The notes under the pieces: model-generated
What the model saw: only the letters and a program-made list of their open reading frames with translations
Told to the model about the DNA's origin: nothing
Databases searched by the model: none
Made by a program: the position numbers and the translations under genes
DNA from: a virus
Virus record (IMG/VR): IMGVR_UViG_3300025941_000015
Coordinates: 1 to 64,000 of that record
Strand: one strand, 5' to 3'
DNA length: 64,000 bases
Shown: piece after piece, positions 20,465-29,698 of the stretch
How positions within the stretch are numbered: the stretch's first letter is position 1
Layout: every line of letters starts with the position of its first letter

Positions 20465-20859
20465 CCATGCAGACTCTTCGCATCCCCCTCCAGCTCGACA
20501 GTCGTCGACGGCTCGCTGTGGCCTCCGACGGCGCCGACGTCATGCGCGCACAGATCCTCGACATGCTGGTCACGGCTCGTGGCGAGCGTGTCTTCCGCCC
20601 CACCTACGGAGCGGGCGTGCCGGAGATGCTCTTCGGCAACATCGATCCGGTGATCTTCAAGATCAAAGAGAAGGACATCCAGAGCTTCCTCTCCAGTCGG
20701 CTGGTGGCCGGTGCCATCGAGCGCGTGATCCTCGCTCAGAAGGACGGTGAGGAGAGCACGCTCATCGTCTCTGTGCTGTTCTCCCTCCTGCCTGGTGGCG
20801 AGGTGTTCACCGTGTCCCAGACATTCACCGGTCTTGCAACAGAGGAGTCGTTCCCGTGA
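20461..20859 (+). CDS. baseplate wedge gp25/GpW
   Basis: T..GERVFRPTYG motif. Confidence 0.92.
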   Translation: MTMQTLRIPLQLDSRRRLAVASDGADVMRAQILDMLVTARGERVFRPTYGAGVPEMLFGNIDPVIFKIKEKDIQSFLSSRLVAGAIERVILAQKDGEESTLIVSVLFSLLPGGEVFTVSQTFTGLATEESFP

Positions 20860-22313
20860 CAGGCATCATCGCTCAGTTCAACTACACAGCTCGTGACTTC
20901 GATGCCATCAGAGAGGAGCTGCGGCTCCTCTTGAAGAAGGAGATCCCCGAGTGGGTCGACACGCCTTCCTCGTTCGAGGGCGTGATCATGGACATGTACG
21001 CCTACGTCGGCGACATCCTCAACTTCTATGTGGACAGGCTCGGCTCGGAGGCGTACCTCCAGACGGCCGTGCGACGCGAGTCGCTGCTCAACATCGCCTA
21101 CATGTTCGGCTACGTCCCCGCCCCGCAGACCGCTGCCACCGGCAACGTGACCTTCACCAAGGTGGTGGGGCTCGGCGACGTCATCGTGCCAGCGGGCACG
21201 CAGGTCTACGCCCAGCTCGAAGGCTTCGACCCCATCGTGTACGAGACCACGATCGACCGGGTCATCACGGGCGCCACCGCTGACATCGTTGTTGTCGAGG
21301 GGATCACCGTCAAGGAGGAGCTGCTCGGTCTGTCGAGCGGGCTCGCCTCGCAGTACTTCACCCTGTACAACGACTCTGTCATCAAAGACAGCGTGCGTGT
21401 ATACACCCGCGACGGTGACGTCTCGGCGAACACCGGCACCCCGTCTCTCGTCGAGTGGACGTTCACCGAGCGCATCATCGACGGTGCGTTCTACGACCGG
21501 GCCTTCTCTCTGTTCACCGATGCCGACGGCTACACCTACGTGCAGTTCGGCGACGGTGTGAGCGGGGCCATCCCGTCCACGGGCGTCGAGGTGGTGGCGA
21601 CGTACCGCTTCGGTCAGGGTGTGGCTGGCAACGTCGGTCCGGGTGCTGTGCGCTCGCTCGTGTCGGGTGGCGACCTCACCGGCCGCATCCAGTCGGTGAG
21701 CAATGCACTCGGGCTGCAGGGTGGAGCTGACGCTGAGTCCATCGAGTCGATGCGCACGTCGATCCCGAAGAGCATCCGGGCAGTCGAGCGCGCCGTCACC
21801 CTGGAGGACTTCGCCAGCCTCACGATGCGGGTCGGTGGCGTGGCCAAGGCTTCGACCAACCCGGCCTCCAGCGTGACGAGCGTGCAGGTGGCGATGGCGC
21901 CGGTCGGTGGCGGCAGCCCGACACCCACGCTGGTGTCCGACGTCGAGACCTACCTCTCCGTGCGCAAGATGGTGGGCGTCGACGTCGTGGTGGTCAACCC
22001 GGTGTACGTGCCGATCAACATCACCGTGCTCATCACAGTGGATGAGCGCTACCGCAACATCGACGTGCACGATGCCGTCGAGGCTGCCATCAGGAAGATG
22101 TTCAGCTTCGACTACGTGAGCTTCGCTCAGCGCATCACCAAGTCGAGCGTCTTCCGCAACACCGTTGACATCGAGGGTGTGATCTACGTCGAGATCACCA
22201 CGTTCAACCGTGACGGTGCGGGAGCGGACAACGACTTCATCCTGGCCTACAACGAGCTGGCCTCGATGGGTGCGCTCATCGTCACCGCCACAGGAGGCAT
22301 CTCTCCCTCATGA
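20856..22313 (+). CDS. baseplate J / gp6-like wedge
   Basis: NYTARDF, YVGDILNFYVDR..EAYLQTA, FGDGVSGAIP, GGADAES, RAVTLEDF. Confidence 0.93.
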   Translation: MTGIIAQFNYTARDFDAIREELRLLLKKEIPEWVDTPSSFEGVIMDMYAYVGDILNFYVDRLGSEAYLQTAVRRESLLNIAYMFGYVPAPQTAATGNVTFTKVVGLGDVIVPAGTQVYAQLEGFDPIVYETTIDRVITGATADIVVVEGITVKEELLGLSSGLASQYFTLYNDSVIKDSVRVYTRDGDVSANTGTPSLVEWTFTERIIDGAFYDRAFSLFTDADGYTYVQFGDGVSGAIPSTGVEVVATYRFGQGVAGNVGPGAVRSLVSGGDLTGRIQSVSNALGLQGGADAESIESMRTSIPKSIRAVERAVTLEDFASLTMRVGGVAKASTNPASSVTSVQVAMAPVGGGSPTPTLVSDVETYLSVRKMVGVDVVVVNPVYVPINITVLITVDERYRNIDVHDAVEAAIRKMFSFDYVSFAQRITKSSVFRNTVDIEGVIYVEITTFNRDGAGADNDFILAYNELASMGALIVTATGGISPS

Positions 22314-24529
22314 CCCTGACCACTCGCCCGGCTACCGGTGGCACTGGGCTGCGCTCCACTGATGGGGGCCTGCGCTCCGGCGGCGTGTACTTCCCACCGG
22401 ACTCGGTGGCGCTCGACAACATCCTCGTAGCGGAGCTGGAGTCCCACGACACGGTGCTCGTGTCGTTCAACAAGGCCCGTGTGCCAGTGCACCCGACGGC
22501 CGGTGCGTACCTGGAGCTGACGCTCACGAAGAACCCGCTCGGTGTGCCGGTGACCAACCTCGACGGGCTGCTGCTCTCGCGCTACGACACCACCGCCGTC
22601 ACCGGGTGGCAGACCTACCGTGACAGCCCCGTCGCTCCGGGCACGTGGGCGCACTACGGGCTGTTTGCCAAGTACAGCTTCGGTGGCTCCCTGGAATGGG
22701 TCTTGGTGGACTCGGCAGAGGTGCTCATGCCCGTGCCGTTCTCGTACCAGGAGCGTCTCTTCAACCTGCTGCCCATGTGGTACCAGGAGGCTGACGACCA
22801 GACGTCCGACCACCTCGTGCAACGGCTCTTCGATGCCCTGGGGTTCGAGGTGGACATCACCCGCACGTGGGTCGAGACGCTCGGTCACATCTGGGATCCA
22901 GCCAAGATCCCAGCACGCCTGCTGCGCTACATGAGCGAGGTCATGGGCACGCCGTACGAGTCGTCGGTCGGTGACCCTCGCGTGCGCAAGCTGATGGCCA
23001 ACCTCGTGTACCTCCGCAAGATCAAGGGCACGAAGGAGTCGATCGAGGGCTACCTCACGGCGCTGTCCGGCTACCGGATCCTCGCACACCAGAGCCCCAA
23101 CCTCATCTCCAGTGTGGATGCAGGGGAGTTCAGGATGGGGACCGGTGGCTGGACCGCCGGAGCCAACACCGCCTTGTCGAGGTTGAGCATCGTTGCAGGC
23201 AACGCTCCACCTCCACCTCAGGGTGTGCTGCACATCGAGCGGACGGGCTCGACCGGCGCAGCCGTGGCCACGCTCGGCGGCACGACGAACACCACTCGCA
23301 TCCACATCGTCGATGGCACGGGCCGCCAGCTCGCCGTGTCGTTCAACGCTCGCACCACGCTCAGCTCGTTCAACGCCACCGTGGGCCTCAACTTCTATGA
23401 CCTCGACGGTGGGTTCATCTCCACCGTCAGCTCCGTTGGGCTGGGCTGCACCACAACCTTCACCCGGAGGTTGACGGCGTGGCTCGCTGTCCCCAACAAC
23501 GCTGAGTACGTGACCATCACCATCACCACGGGGTCGATCACCGCCACCACCGCACTGGAGATCGGGCAGGTCATGCTCGTCGACATCAGGTACCGCCCCG
23601 AGGGCATGCCGGGCTCGACCAACGTCGTGCCGTTCAGCCAGGCGGGGTCAGCCACCTACGCAGGCGTCGACTTCTACGACTCGCCGCGCTCGGTGTGGCT
23701 CAACGTCTACCCGCAGCGCACCAACTTCGCTGTCAACTCCGACTTCACCCTCAACAACCTCCCGACAGGTGGGTGGTCGGTGATGGACGCAGCGACGTAC
23801 GGGGCGATGCCGTTCGCCTACGCCACGTACACCGCCGTTGGCACGGGCGAGGTCGACTACGCCGACATCCCCAAGGGGTTCAACTCGATCACACCGACGT
23901 GGACGGTCACCTTCGATACGTCCAACAGCAGGCTTGCGCTCAACAGCTCGCCCGGTGCTCCCTGGGTGGGGCAGGTGCGCTCGATGGCGTGGCCGGTGCG
24001 CCCCGGTCTGGCCTACAGCGCTGGTGTGGAGATGTCATCGAGCATCGCAGGGTCCAAGGCGATGCTCCGCATCCAGTGGATGACCATCAACAACAGCTTG
24101 AACCCTCTGCTCGACGCCAACGGCATTCCGATGGTGACGCAGGGCCCGTCCTACAACCTCGTTGTCGGGTCCAACGTACGAGTCGAGATACGCAACGCCA
24201 TTGCACCACCGGGAGCAGGCTACGGCCGCCTCGTGGTCGAGTCGCTCGGTACTGCACAGCACGTGTCGTACATGCAGCGCGCCCTCATCGAGGACACGGC
24301 TGTGCCGGGTGGCTACTTCAACGGTGGTGTCAAGGACGGAGCGCCTGGCGACTTCGGCTACACCGGCACGACGAGGCAGACACCGTCGGTGTACTACATG
24401 AACTACAAGGCCATTCTGGGCAGCGGCTCGAACCGACTCCTCACTGCGAGCAAGGAGATGCTCCCGCTGCATGTGAACGAGCCCCGCATCATCTCTGCGT
24501 ACCAGGGCCTCTACACGGAGCTTGCCTGA
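22310..24529 (+). CDS. baseplate/tail protein (tail I-like) with carbohydrate-binding-like domains
   Basis: LFNLLP..Y, L..F..GF, KGT..I; follows baseplate J. Confidence 0.75.
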   Translation: MTLTTRPATGGTGLRSTDGGLRSGGVYFPPDSVALDNILVAELESHDTVLVSFNKARVPVHPTAGAYLELTLTKNPLGVPVTNLDGLLLSRYDTTAVTGWQTYRDSPVAPGTWAHYGLFAKYSFGGSLEWVLVDSAEVLMPVPFSYQERLFNLLPMWYQEADDQTSDHLVQRLFDALGFEVDITRTWVETLGHIWDPAKIPARLLRYMSEVMGTPYESSVGDPRVRKLMANLVYLRKIKGTKESIEGYLTALSGYRILAHQSPNLISSVDAGEFRMGTGGWTAGANTALSRLSIVAGNAPPPPQGVLHIERTGSTGAAVATLGGTTNTTRIHIVDGTGRQLAVSFNARTTLSSFNATVGLNFYDLDGGFISTVSSVGLGCTTTFTRRLTAWLAVPNNAEYVTITITTGSITATTALEIGQVMLVDIRYRPEGMPGSTNVVPFSQAGSATYAGVDFYDSPRSVWLNVYPQRTNFAVNSDFTLNNLPTGGWSVMDAATYGAMPFAYATYTAVGTGEVDYADIPKGFNSITPTWTVTFDTSNSRLALNSSPGAPWVGQVRSMAWPVRPGLAYSAGVEMSSSIAGSKAMLRIQWMTINNSLNPLLDANGIPMVTQGPSYNLVVGSNVRVEIRNAIAPPGAGYGRLVVESLGTAQHVSYMQRALIEDTAVPGGYFNGGVKDGAPGDFGYTGTTRQTPSVYYMNYKAILGSGSNRLLTASKEMLPLHVNEPRIISAYQGLYTELA

Positions 24530-24560
24530 ACACAGTTGCGGGGGGTAGGGTGGCGCCCCC

Positions 24561-24851
24561 ATGAGTACCACCACCATCACTCTGGCTGCAGCAGGGTTCC
24601 TCTTCCTCACGAGCATCAAGTTCATCGCCGGTGCCATCGGCGAGGAGATGATGAAGAACCTCGACCTCACCGCTGACATCGAGCTGGCCATCGCTGTTGT
24701 AGCCACACCCCTTGTCATGCTTGCAACAGGTATGTCGTACAGCGAGGCGCAGATCGGCACAGCAGCAGCGTTCTTCATCTCTACTGCCTGGTCTGCAATC
24801 GCAGTGTTCCGTACCAAGACGCTGTTGCAGATGACGCACGGCATCAGATGA
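24561..24851 (+). CDS. small membrane protein
   Basis: Three hydrophobic segments. Confidence 0.6.
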   Translation: MSTTTITLAAAGFLFLTSIKFIAGAIGEEMMKNLDLTADIELAIAVVATPLVMLATGMSYSEAQIGTAAAFFISTAWSAIAVFRTKTLLQMTHGIR

Positions 24852-25825
24852 GTACCTTCGTTGTACTCGGCGATGCGGACGCAGCACCACGGCTCGTCAC
24901 AGCAACGCTGAATGACTTCCTCGACACACATCTTGAAGTGACACCTGACGACGACTTCGTCATAGTCATTGCAGTTCGCAACCCGCCCCGCCCTGCCATC
25001 AAGCACGTCATCGAGTGGTGCCAGAAGGCTGGCATCTACTACACCATCGTTGCATCCAGCGACAGGGTGAAGATGCCGGAGGGCGTAGCGGAGTTCACAG
25101 TCGACAGCCAGTTCCTCGTGAAGGCTGTTGAGGACGGGTACGTCTTCGGGAGAGACGCTGCTATTGTGCTCGCTCTCGTCGGGGCGGAAGACCCGACTGT
25201 CGACGTCACTCGTGCTCTGGCACGGGCCGCCGACTCACACATGGTGATACGTGACCTCACTGAGGGAGCCATCACCTACATCAAGTTCCATGGAGACACC
25301 GTGGACATCCCCACCATTGAGGAGAACAACATGGCTGACGAAGCCGAAGAGCTGACACTGGAAGAACTGGTCTCACTGGCCGCCGAGGGTGACGAGGAGG
25401 CTGATGCGGCGCTGCGCGAAGCATGTGCCGAGTTCGACATCGATCCCGACGAGTACGCCACGTGGGAAGAGGTCGGCGAGCTGCTCGAAGCAGCGATGTC
25501 CGAGGAGCCCGAAGAGGAGGCCGAGGAAGAGGCCGAGCCCGAGCCGGAAGAGCCCACCGAACCTGCCGATGGCTGGACCGCAGCGGCGTTGAAGAACCTC
25601 ACCCTCAAAGAGGTGCGTGACATCGCCAACGCAGCCGGGATCGAGGGAGCCAAGACGGCGCCCCGCCCCGACCTCGTGAAGGCACTCATCGCTGGTACGG
25701 GTGACGAGCCCGCCAAGGCGACGAAGGCTGCGAAGGCGAAGCCGAAGCCCGCCGAGGGGACCGACGACGTCAGGGCTCTCGCTTCGGCGATCCTCGACGA
25801 ACTGGTCGCACGCCTGTCGGCATGA
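24848..25825 (+). CDS. acidic protein with Rho-N/HeH-like C-terminal domain
   Basis: Glu-rich core; LKNLTLKEVRDIA..GI..R.DLV.AL. Confidence 0.6.
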   Translation: MSTFVVLGDADAAPRLVTATLNDFLDTHLEVTPDDDFVIVIAVRNPPRPAIKHVIEWCQKAGIYYTIVASSDRVKMPEGVAEFTVDSQFLVKAVEDGYVFGRDAAIVLALVGAEDPTVDVTRALARAADSHMVIRDLTEGAITYIKFHGDTVDIPTIEENNMADEAEELTLEELVSLAAEGDEEADAALREACAEFDIDPDEYATWEEVGELLEAAMSEEPEEEAEEEAEPEPEEPTEPADGWTAAALKNLTLKEVRDIANAAGIEGAKTAPRPDLVKALIAGTGDEPAKATKAAKAKPKPAEGTDDVRALASAILDELVARLSA

Positions 25826-26238
25826 GCGACTGGCCCGAGTCAGGGGCCGGGGTACGGAGTGAGCCGGGGCGTGCGCAGCGCTCCGGCTCTCGCCGTTCTC
25901 ACGACATGTACACCTTCTGGCTCGACACGATGGAGCCGGTCACCCGTGGGCGCGCCGTCATGATCTTCGTCGACCGGCCACGGTTCCACGCCAACCTCAA
26001 GACGATCCGCAAGCAGCTCGCTGGCGGTGACGACGTCGACATGAAGCCGATCAACGATCGCATCCGGGCTGGCATGAAGGCGTACGCCGCCGCCATCAGG
26101 GCCGGGCACGTCGACATCGACGGCAAGCCTGCCTGGCCCATCTTCATGAGGATGTGGCCGAAGTACGTCACCAGCGCCACCAGGGCGGCCGCTACGGAGG
26201 ATGAGATTGCTTCTGGGAAGAGGCGGTGGGACGAGTAG
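25822..26238 (+). CDS. hypothetical protein
   Basis: ATGA overlap; true start may be 25906. Confidence 0.6.
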   Translation: MSDWPESGAGVRSEPGRAQRSGSRRSHDMYTFWLDTMEPVTRGRAVMIFVDRPRFHANLKTIRKQLAGGDDVDMKPINDRIRAGMKAYAAAIRAGHVDIDGKPAWPIFMRMWPKYVTSATRAAATEDEIASGKRRWDE

Positions 26239-26257
26239 AGTCGCTCTCCGTGAACGC

Positions 26258-26291
26258 GAAGGAGGGGCCCCACCATCGAGGCCCCTCCTTC
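26258..26291. terminator. 12-bp perfect stem-loop
   Basis: GAAGGAGGGGCC-N10-GGCCCCTCCTTC. Confidence 0.6.
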
Positions 26292-26312
26292 AAGATCCCC
26301 TACCAAGAGACC

Positions 26313-26412
26313 GCTAGCAAAGGAATCCCTCCGAAGAAAGGAACGAGCCCGATGAGCACTCGAAGTCTCATAACAAAGAACGTTGCAACTAACCGGAGGA
26401 ACCCTTGCTAGC
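26313..26412 (+). promoter_or_regulatory. structured leader sequestering the RBS and TTG start of the wHTH gene
   Basis: GCTAGCAA (26313) pairs with TTGCTAGC (26405); CCTCCG (26328) pairs with CGGAGG (26394). Confidence 0.55.
26352..26411 (+). CDS. putative 19-aa leader peptide MSTRSLITKNVATNRRNPC
   Basis: AAAGGA upstream; ORF overlaps the TTG start of the next gene and stops 1 nt after it. Confidence 0.4.
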   Translation: MSTRSLITKNVATNRRNPC

Positions 26413-27130
26413 AACGCAGATCCTAATCCCTGAGCGGTGGCTCGTACAACCTGCAGTGGTCTCAATGCAAGCGCTGCAGGAACCGACGCGCAAGCTGCGG
26501 CTGAGCCTCATCGCTGAGCGGGCGGCGTTGTCTGCCTTCGCTGCCCTTCGCTTCTGTGACAAGCCGATGATGGTCGATCTGTCGATGAATCCACCCAGTG
26601 ACATGGGGATGAGGATTCTCCGGCACATCCTGGTCTCAGGAGACCGCCGCTACTGGTCGTGGACGGCCACGAAGAAGGAAGCCCGCGGCAAGGTGCGCTC
26701 GTCACTCATGTGGGAGCTGCGGACTTCGAGCGGGAACATCAGCACCTCCCTGGGACCGCTGCTCGAAGACGGGGTGCTGGAGATCACGAAGAGGGCGAAC
26801 GGGAACGAGACCGTTGCCTTCACGCCGTTGGGCAAGATGCTCTTCGCCGAGCTGCAGTGGCGTTGGTTCCTGCTGGAAGCTGACCCCGAGTTCCTGCAGC
26901 CGCTGGCCGACAGCTACGGGTGGCAGGAGATCTCCATCCAGGTGGACAAGCGGATCTCTTTCAATGGGGCGGACCCCACCCGTAAGGTCGAGGTCATCGC
27001 TGCGATACGGGAGATTCCCCTGGTCACAGAGCTGTTGACCTCTACACCACAGAGGTCGCAACGACGTTCACACCTCTATGAGGTAGAGAAAGTTCCTCTA
27101 CGTGGTAGAGGTGTTATCTCTACCTCCTAG
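26405..27130 (+). CDS. winged-HTH DNA-binding protein, putative replication initiator
   Basis: MarR-like LRTSSGNISTSLGPLLEDGVL..FTPLG; GGAGG RBS 5 nt before TTG; iteron-like repeats at its 3' end; upstream of DnaC/DnaB/primase. Confidence 0.6.
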   Translation: MLATQILIPERWLVQPAVVSMQALQEPTRKLRLSLIAERAALSAFAALRFCDKPMMVDLSMNPPSDMGMRILRHILVSGDRRYWSWTATKKEARGKVRSSLMWELRTSSGNISTSLGPLLEDGVLEITKRANGNETVAFTPLGKMLFAELQWRWFLLEADPEFLQPLADSYGWQEISIQVDKRISFNGADPTRKVEVIAAIREIPLVTELLTSTPQRSQRRSHLYEVEKVPLRGRGVISTS

Positions 27131-27260
27131 AGGTGTCCACCACCTCAAACCCTTATGCCGTAAGGGTTTCCCGACCACCTAAGTGTTCAGTATAGAACTA
27201 CGAAGTACCTCAATCTCTATCAGACTTCGTCAGATATCGATAGATGTACTTCTTCAAGAA
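27037..27260. repeat. putative replication origin: four CTCTA-N5-TAGAG palindromes, hairpin and AT-rich tract
   Basis: Copies at 27040 (one mismatch), 27074, 27096, 27118; AAACCCTTA-N5-TAAGGGTTT at 27147-27169; AT-rich to about 27260. Confidence 0.65.
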
Positions 27261-27303
27261 GGATCTTGTACGTGCGCCTGCGGCGCACGAAGGGGAAGAA
27301 ACC

Positions 27304-27969
27304 ATGGATGTATCAACAGCGTTCAGCAGGAGGCAGACCCTCCGCTCCGAGCAGAACTACCGGACCAATCTCAAGGTCGATGCGCTCGACTACGAGGCGA
27401 TGACCGCCTTTGCAGTGAACGACGGTGTGCCCCCGGCACTCGCCGGACTGACCAAGAGCGCCTACAAGGACAGCGAGGAGTACTCAGTCATCGGCATGGC
27501 CATCGAGGCGATGGAGACGATCGAGATGTCCGACGGCCTGTGGGTCGTGGCCCAGTCAGCGAAGGCTGCCGGTGGTGTGGCGTCAGCCATCTACACCGGG
27601 GCGCTCCGGCGAGGGCTGGCAGCGAAGTGGTTCGGCTTCCCCGAGCTGAGCACAGCGTTCACCGACCGGGTGTCGATGTCCGCTCGTGCCGAGGAGTGGG
27701 AGCAGGGGCAGATGGCCGACTGGCTGTGGGAGCTGGACTCCATGCGGTTCTGCTACGACCTCCTCGTCATCCACGGGGTGACCGACACACTGCTCACCGA
27801 CTTCGTGGCCAAGGAGCTGTACAGCCTGCTGGCCATCCGCTACGGCCGCGGTCTCTTCACCGTGGTGACGTCGAGGGTGGGTGGTCTCGGCGAGGACACC
27901 GCAGCGCGCAACTCACTGCGCCTGATGATGGAAGAGGCGTACGCCCTCTACCGCATCGGCGGCCGCTGA
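27304..27969 (+). CDS. DnaC/IstB-like helicase loader with degenerate Walker motifs
   Basis: YDLLVIHGV, LYSLL..RY..GLFTVVTS; no GKT. Confidence 0.65.
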   Translation: MDVSTAFSRRQTLRSEQNYRTNLKVDALDYEAMTAFAVNDGVPPALAGLTKSAYKDSEEYSVIGMAIEAMETIEMSDGLWVVAQSAKAAGGVASAIYTGALRRGLAAKWFGFPELSTAFTDRVSMSARAEEWEQGQMADWLWELDSMRFCYDLLVIHGVTDTLLTDFVAKELYSLLAIRYGRGLFTVVTSRVGGLGEDTAARNSLRLMMEEAYALYRIGGR

Positions 27970-28418
27970 TGGAAGGCAACGACCTCGGCTCGTACTGGAG
28001 CCAGAAGATGGTGGTCATCGCCGAGCCAACGCTGTTCATCCCACCGCCCGACTCGTACCGCATCTCACTGGGCAGGCACCGCTACGGGAAGAAGGACGCA
28101 GCCGCCGCCGAGTTCGAGCTGAACCGTGAGATGGTCAGCTTCATCGTGGGCATGGGCCGCACCCGCAACGTGCCCACTGAGATCTGGACGTTCATCACCG
28201 ATGAGGACATCGTCGAGGAGCTGGCCCGACGGCTGGAGCAGGTGGCTGGCAACACCATCGTCGGGTGGGAGATCTGGGATGACGAGCGCGACGCCGTCCT
28301 GAACCTCCGGGTCGACGCCTCGATCCACACGGTCTATGACGCCGAGGCCGAGCGCGTCGAGACCCTCTGGGGCATGCGTGGTCATCGTGTGCAGCGTGGG
28401 AAAGCACCGACGTCATGA
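27969..28418 (+). CDS. hypothetical protein (MEGND start) of the replication module
   Basis: TGATG overlap; codon usage. Confidence 0.7.
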   Translation: MEGNDLGSYWSQKMVVIAEPTLFIPPPDSYRISLGRHRYGKKDAAAAEFELNREMVSFIVGMGRTRNVPTEIWTFITDEDIVEELARRLEQVAGNTIVGWEIWDDERDAVLNLRVDASIHTVYDAEAERVETLWGMRGHRVQRGKAPTS

Positions 28419-29698
28419 GAAGGCTGAACGCAGAGCAGTTGCTCATCAGTCGCATCCTCGTTGACGCTGACCTCATCACCCCGAACGATGCCAACCTCCA
28501 CGCACGGTTCTTCGGCAGCCCTGGTGCGGCCGACGCCTGGATCTGGATCAACCAGTACCGCACCGAGTACGGACAGGTGCCGACGGCCGAGGCGTTCCTG
28601 CGCAAGCACAGCGGGTACCAGCTCGACCTCTCACCGGACGAGCCGATGGGTGCGCTCATCGACGAGGTCTTCGCTGGGTACAAGCGGCGCCTCGTATCGG
28701 AGGGTCTGCAAGCAGCAGTGCAGGGGTTCTCCGACACCAGCGACGCCGACGCTGCGATGGCCGTCATGCAGGGTGTCATGTCGACGGTGGCCACCGACCT
28801 GTCGCGATCAGAGATCCAGGTCTCGGTGGACATCATTGGCAAGCTCGTTGTGAAGTACGTGAACGCAGAGGAGAACCACATGCCCGGCATCCCAACGGGG
28901 TTCAGCATGATCGATGAAGCACTCGGTGGTCTGCAGGACGAGCAGCTCGTCACCATCGTTGGTCTACCGAAGAGGATGAAGTCGTCCTACCTCCTGGCCA
29001 TGGCGATGTCCGCCGAGCGCAACGGCTACCGGGCTGGTGTCGTCAGCTTCGAGATGTCCAACACCGAGCAGCAGGCGCGGTACCTGTCACTCGGTGCTGG
29101 AGTCGGCTTGACGCGCATGCAGCGTGGTGAGCTGACCGAGGCGGAAGTGAACCGCCTCTACGAGTTCGAGGCCATGGTCACCGAGACCGACGGCTGGGGC
29201 AGCCTCGTCTTCATCCACGATGTGGGTGGCGCCGACACCGTCGAGGGTCTCGTGGCGAAGCAGGAGCAGCACGGCTTCGACGTCCTGTTCGTCGACGGTC
29301 TGTACCTCATGACCGACTCGCTGGGTGAGCCGAAGGGGTCGAGCCAGGCGCTGACCAACATCACAAGAGGAGTGAAGCGCTTCGCACAGGTGGCCAAGAT
29401 CCCCATCGTCTGCACGACACAGGCGTTGCACAGCCGCACCACCAAGGCACGTGGCGTGGAGATGGAGTCGATCGGCTACACCTCGTCGTTCGCTCAGGAC
29501 TCCGACGTGCTCATCGGCATCGACCGCCCCGACATGCAGCTCCCCGTGGCCAAGCTCAAGGTCATTGCAGCCCGCAACGCCATGGGCATGGAGTGCGAGG
29601 TGTCGATCGACTACACCAAGGGTGTCATCTCCGACCATGGTCCGGTGTCGCCCGAGCTGACAGCGGCGTTGAGGTACGGAGGGGATGACGATGATTGA
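28415..29698 (+). CDS. dnaB: replicative DNA helicase
   Basis: GIPTGF..D..GGL, SFEMS, LFVDGLYLM, IGYTSSFAQDSD. Confidence 0.93.
   Translation: MRRLNAEQLLISRILVDADLITPNDANLHARFFGSPGAADAWIWINQYRTEYGQVPTAEAFLRKHSGYQLDLSPDEPMGALIDEVFAGYKRRLVSEGLQAAVQGFSDTSDADAAMAVMQGVMSTVATDLSRSEIQVSVDIIGKLVVKYVNAEENHMPGIPTGFSMIDEALGGLQDEQLVTIVGLPKRMKSSYLLAMAMSAERNGYRAGVVSFEMSNTEQQARYLSLGAGVGLTRMQRGELTEAEVNRLYEFEAMVTETDGWGSLVFIHDVGGADTVEGLVAKQEQHGFDVLFVDGLYLMTDSLGEPKGSSQALTNITRGVKRFAQVAKIPIVCTTQALHSRTTKARGVEMESIGYTSSFAQDSDVLIGIDRPDMQLPVAKLKVIAARNAMGMECEVSIDYTKGVISDHGPVSPELTAALRYGGDDDD

Noticed and set aside
1-24529. Stand-alone extracellular contractile injection system (eCIS)
   Set aside because: Contiguous with phage lysis, replication and early genes; no Afp15-like ATPase; long tape measure.
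27183-28418. 411-aa ORF from the ORF track
   Set aside because: The 5' part overlaps the DnaC-like gene out of frame; only 27969-28418 looks like real coding sequence.
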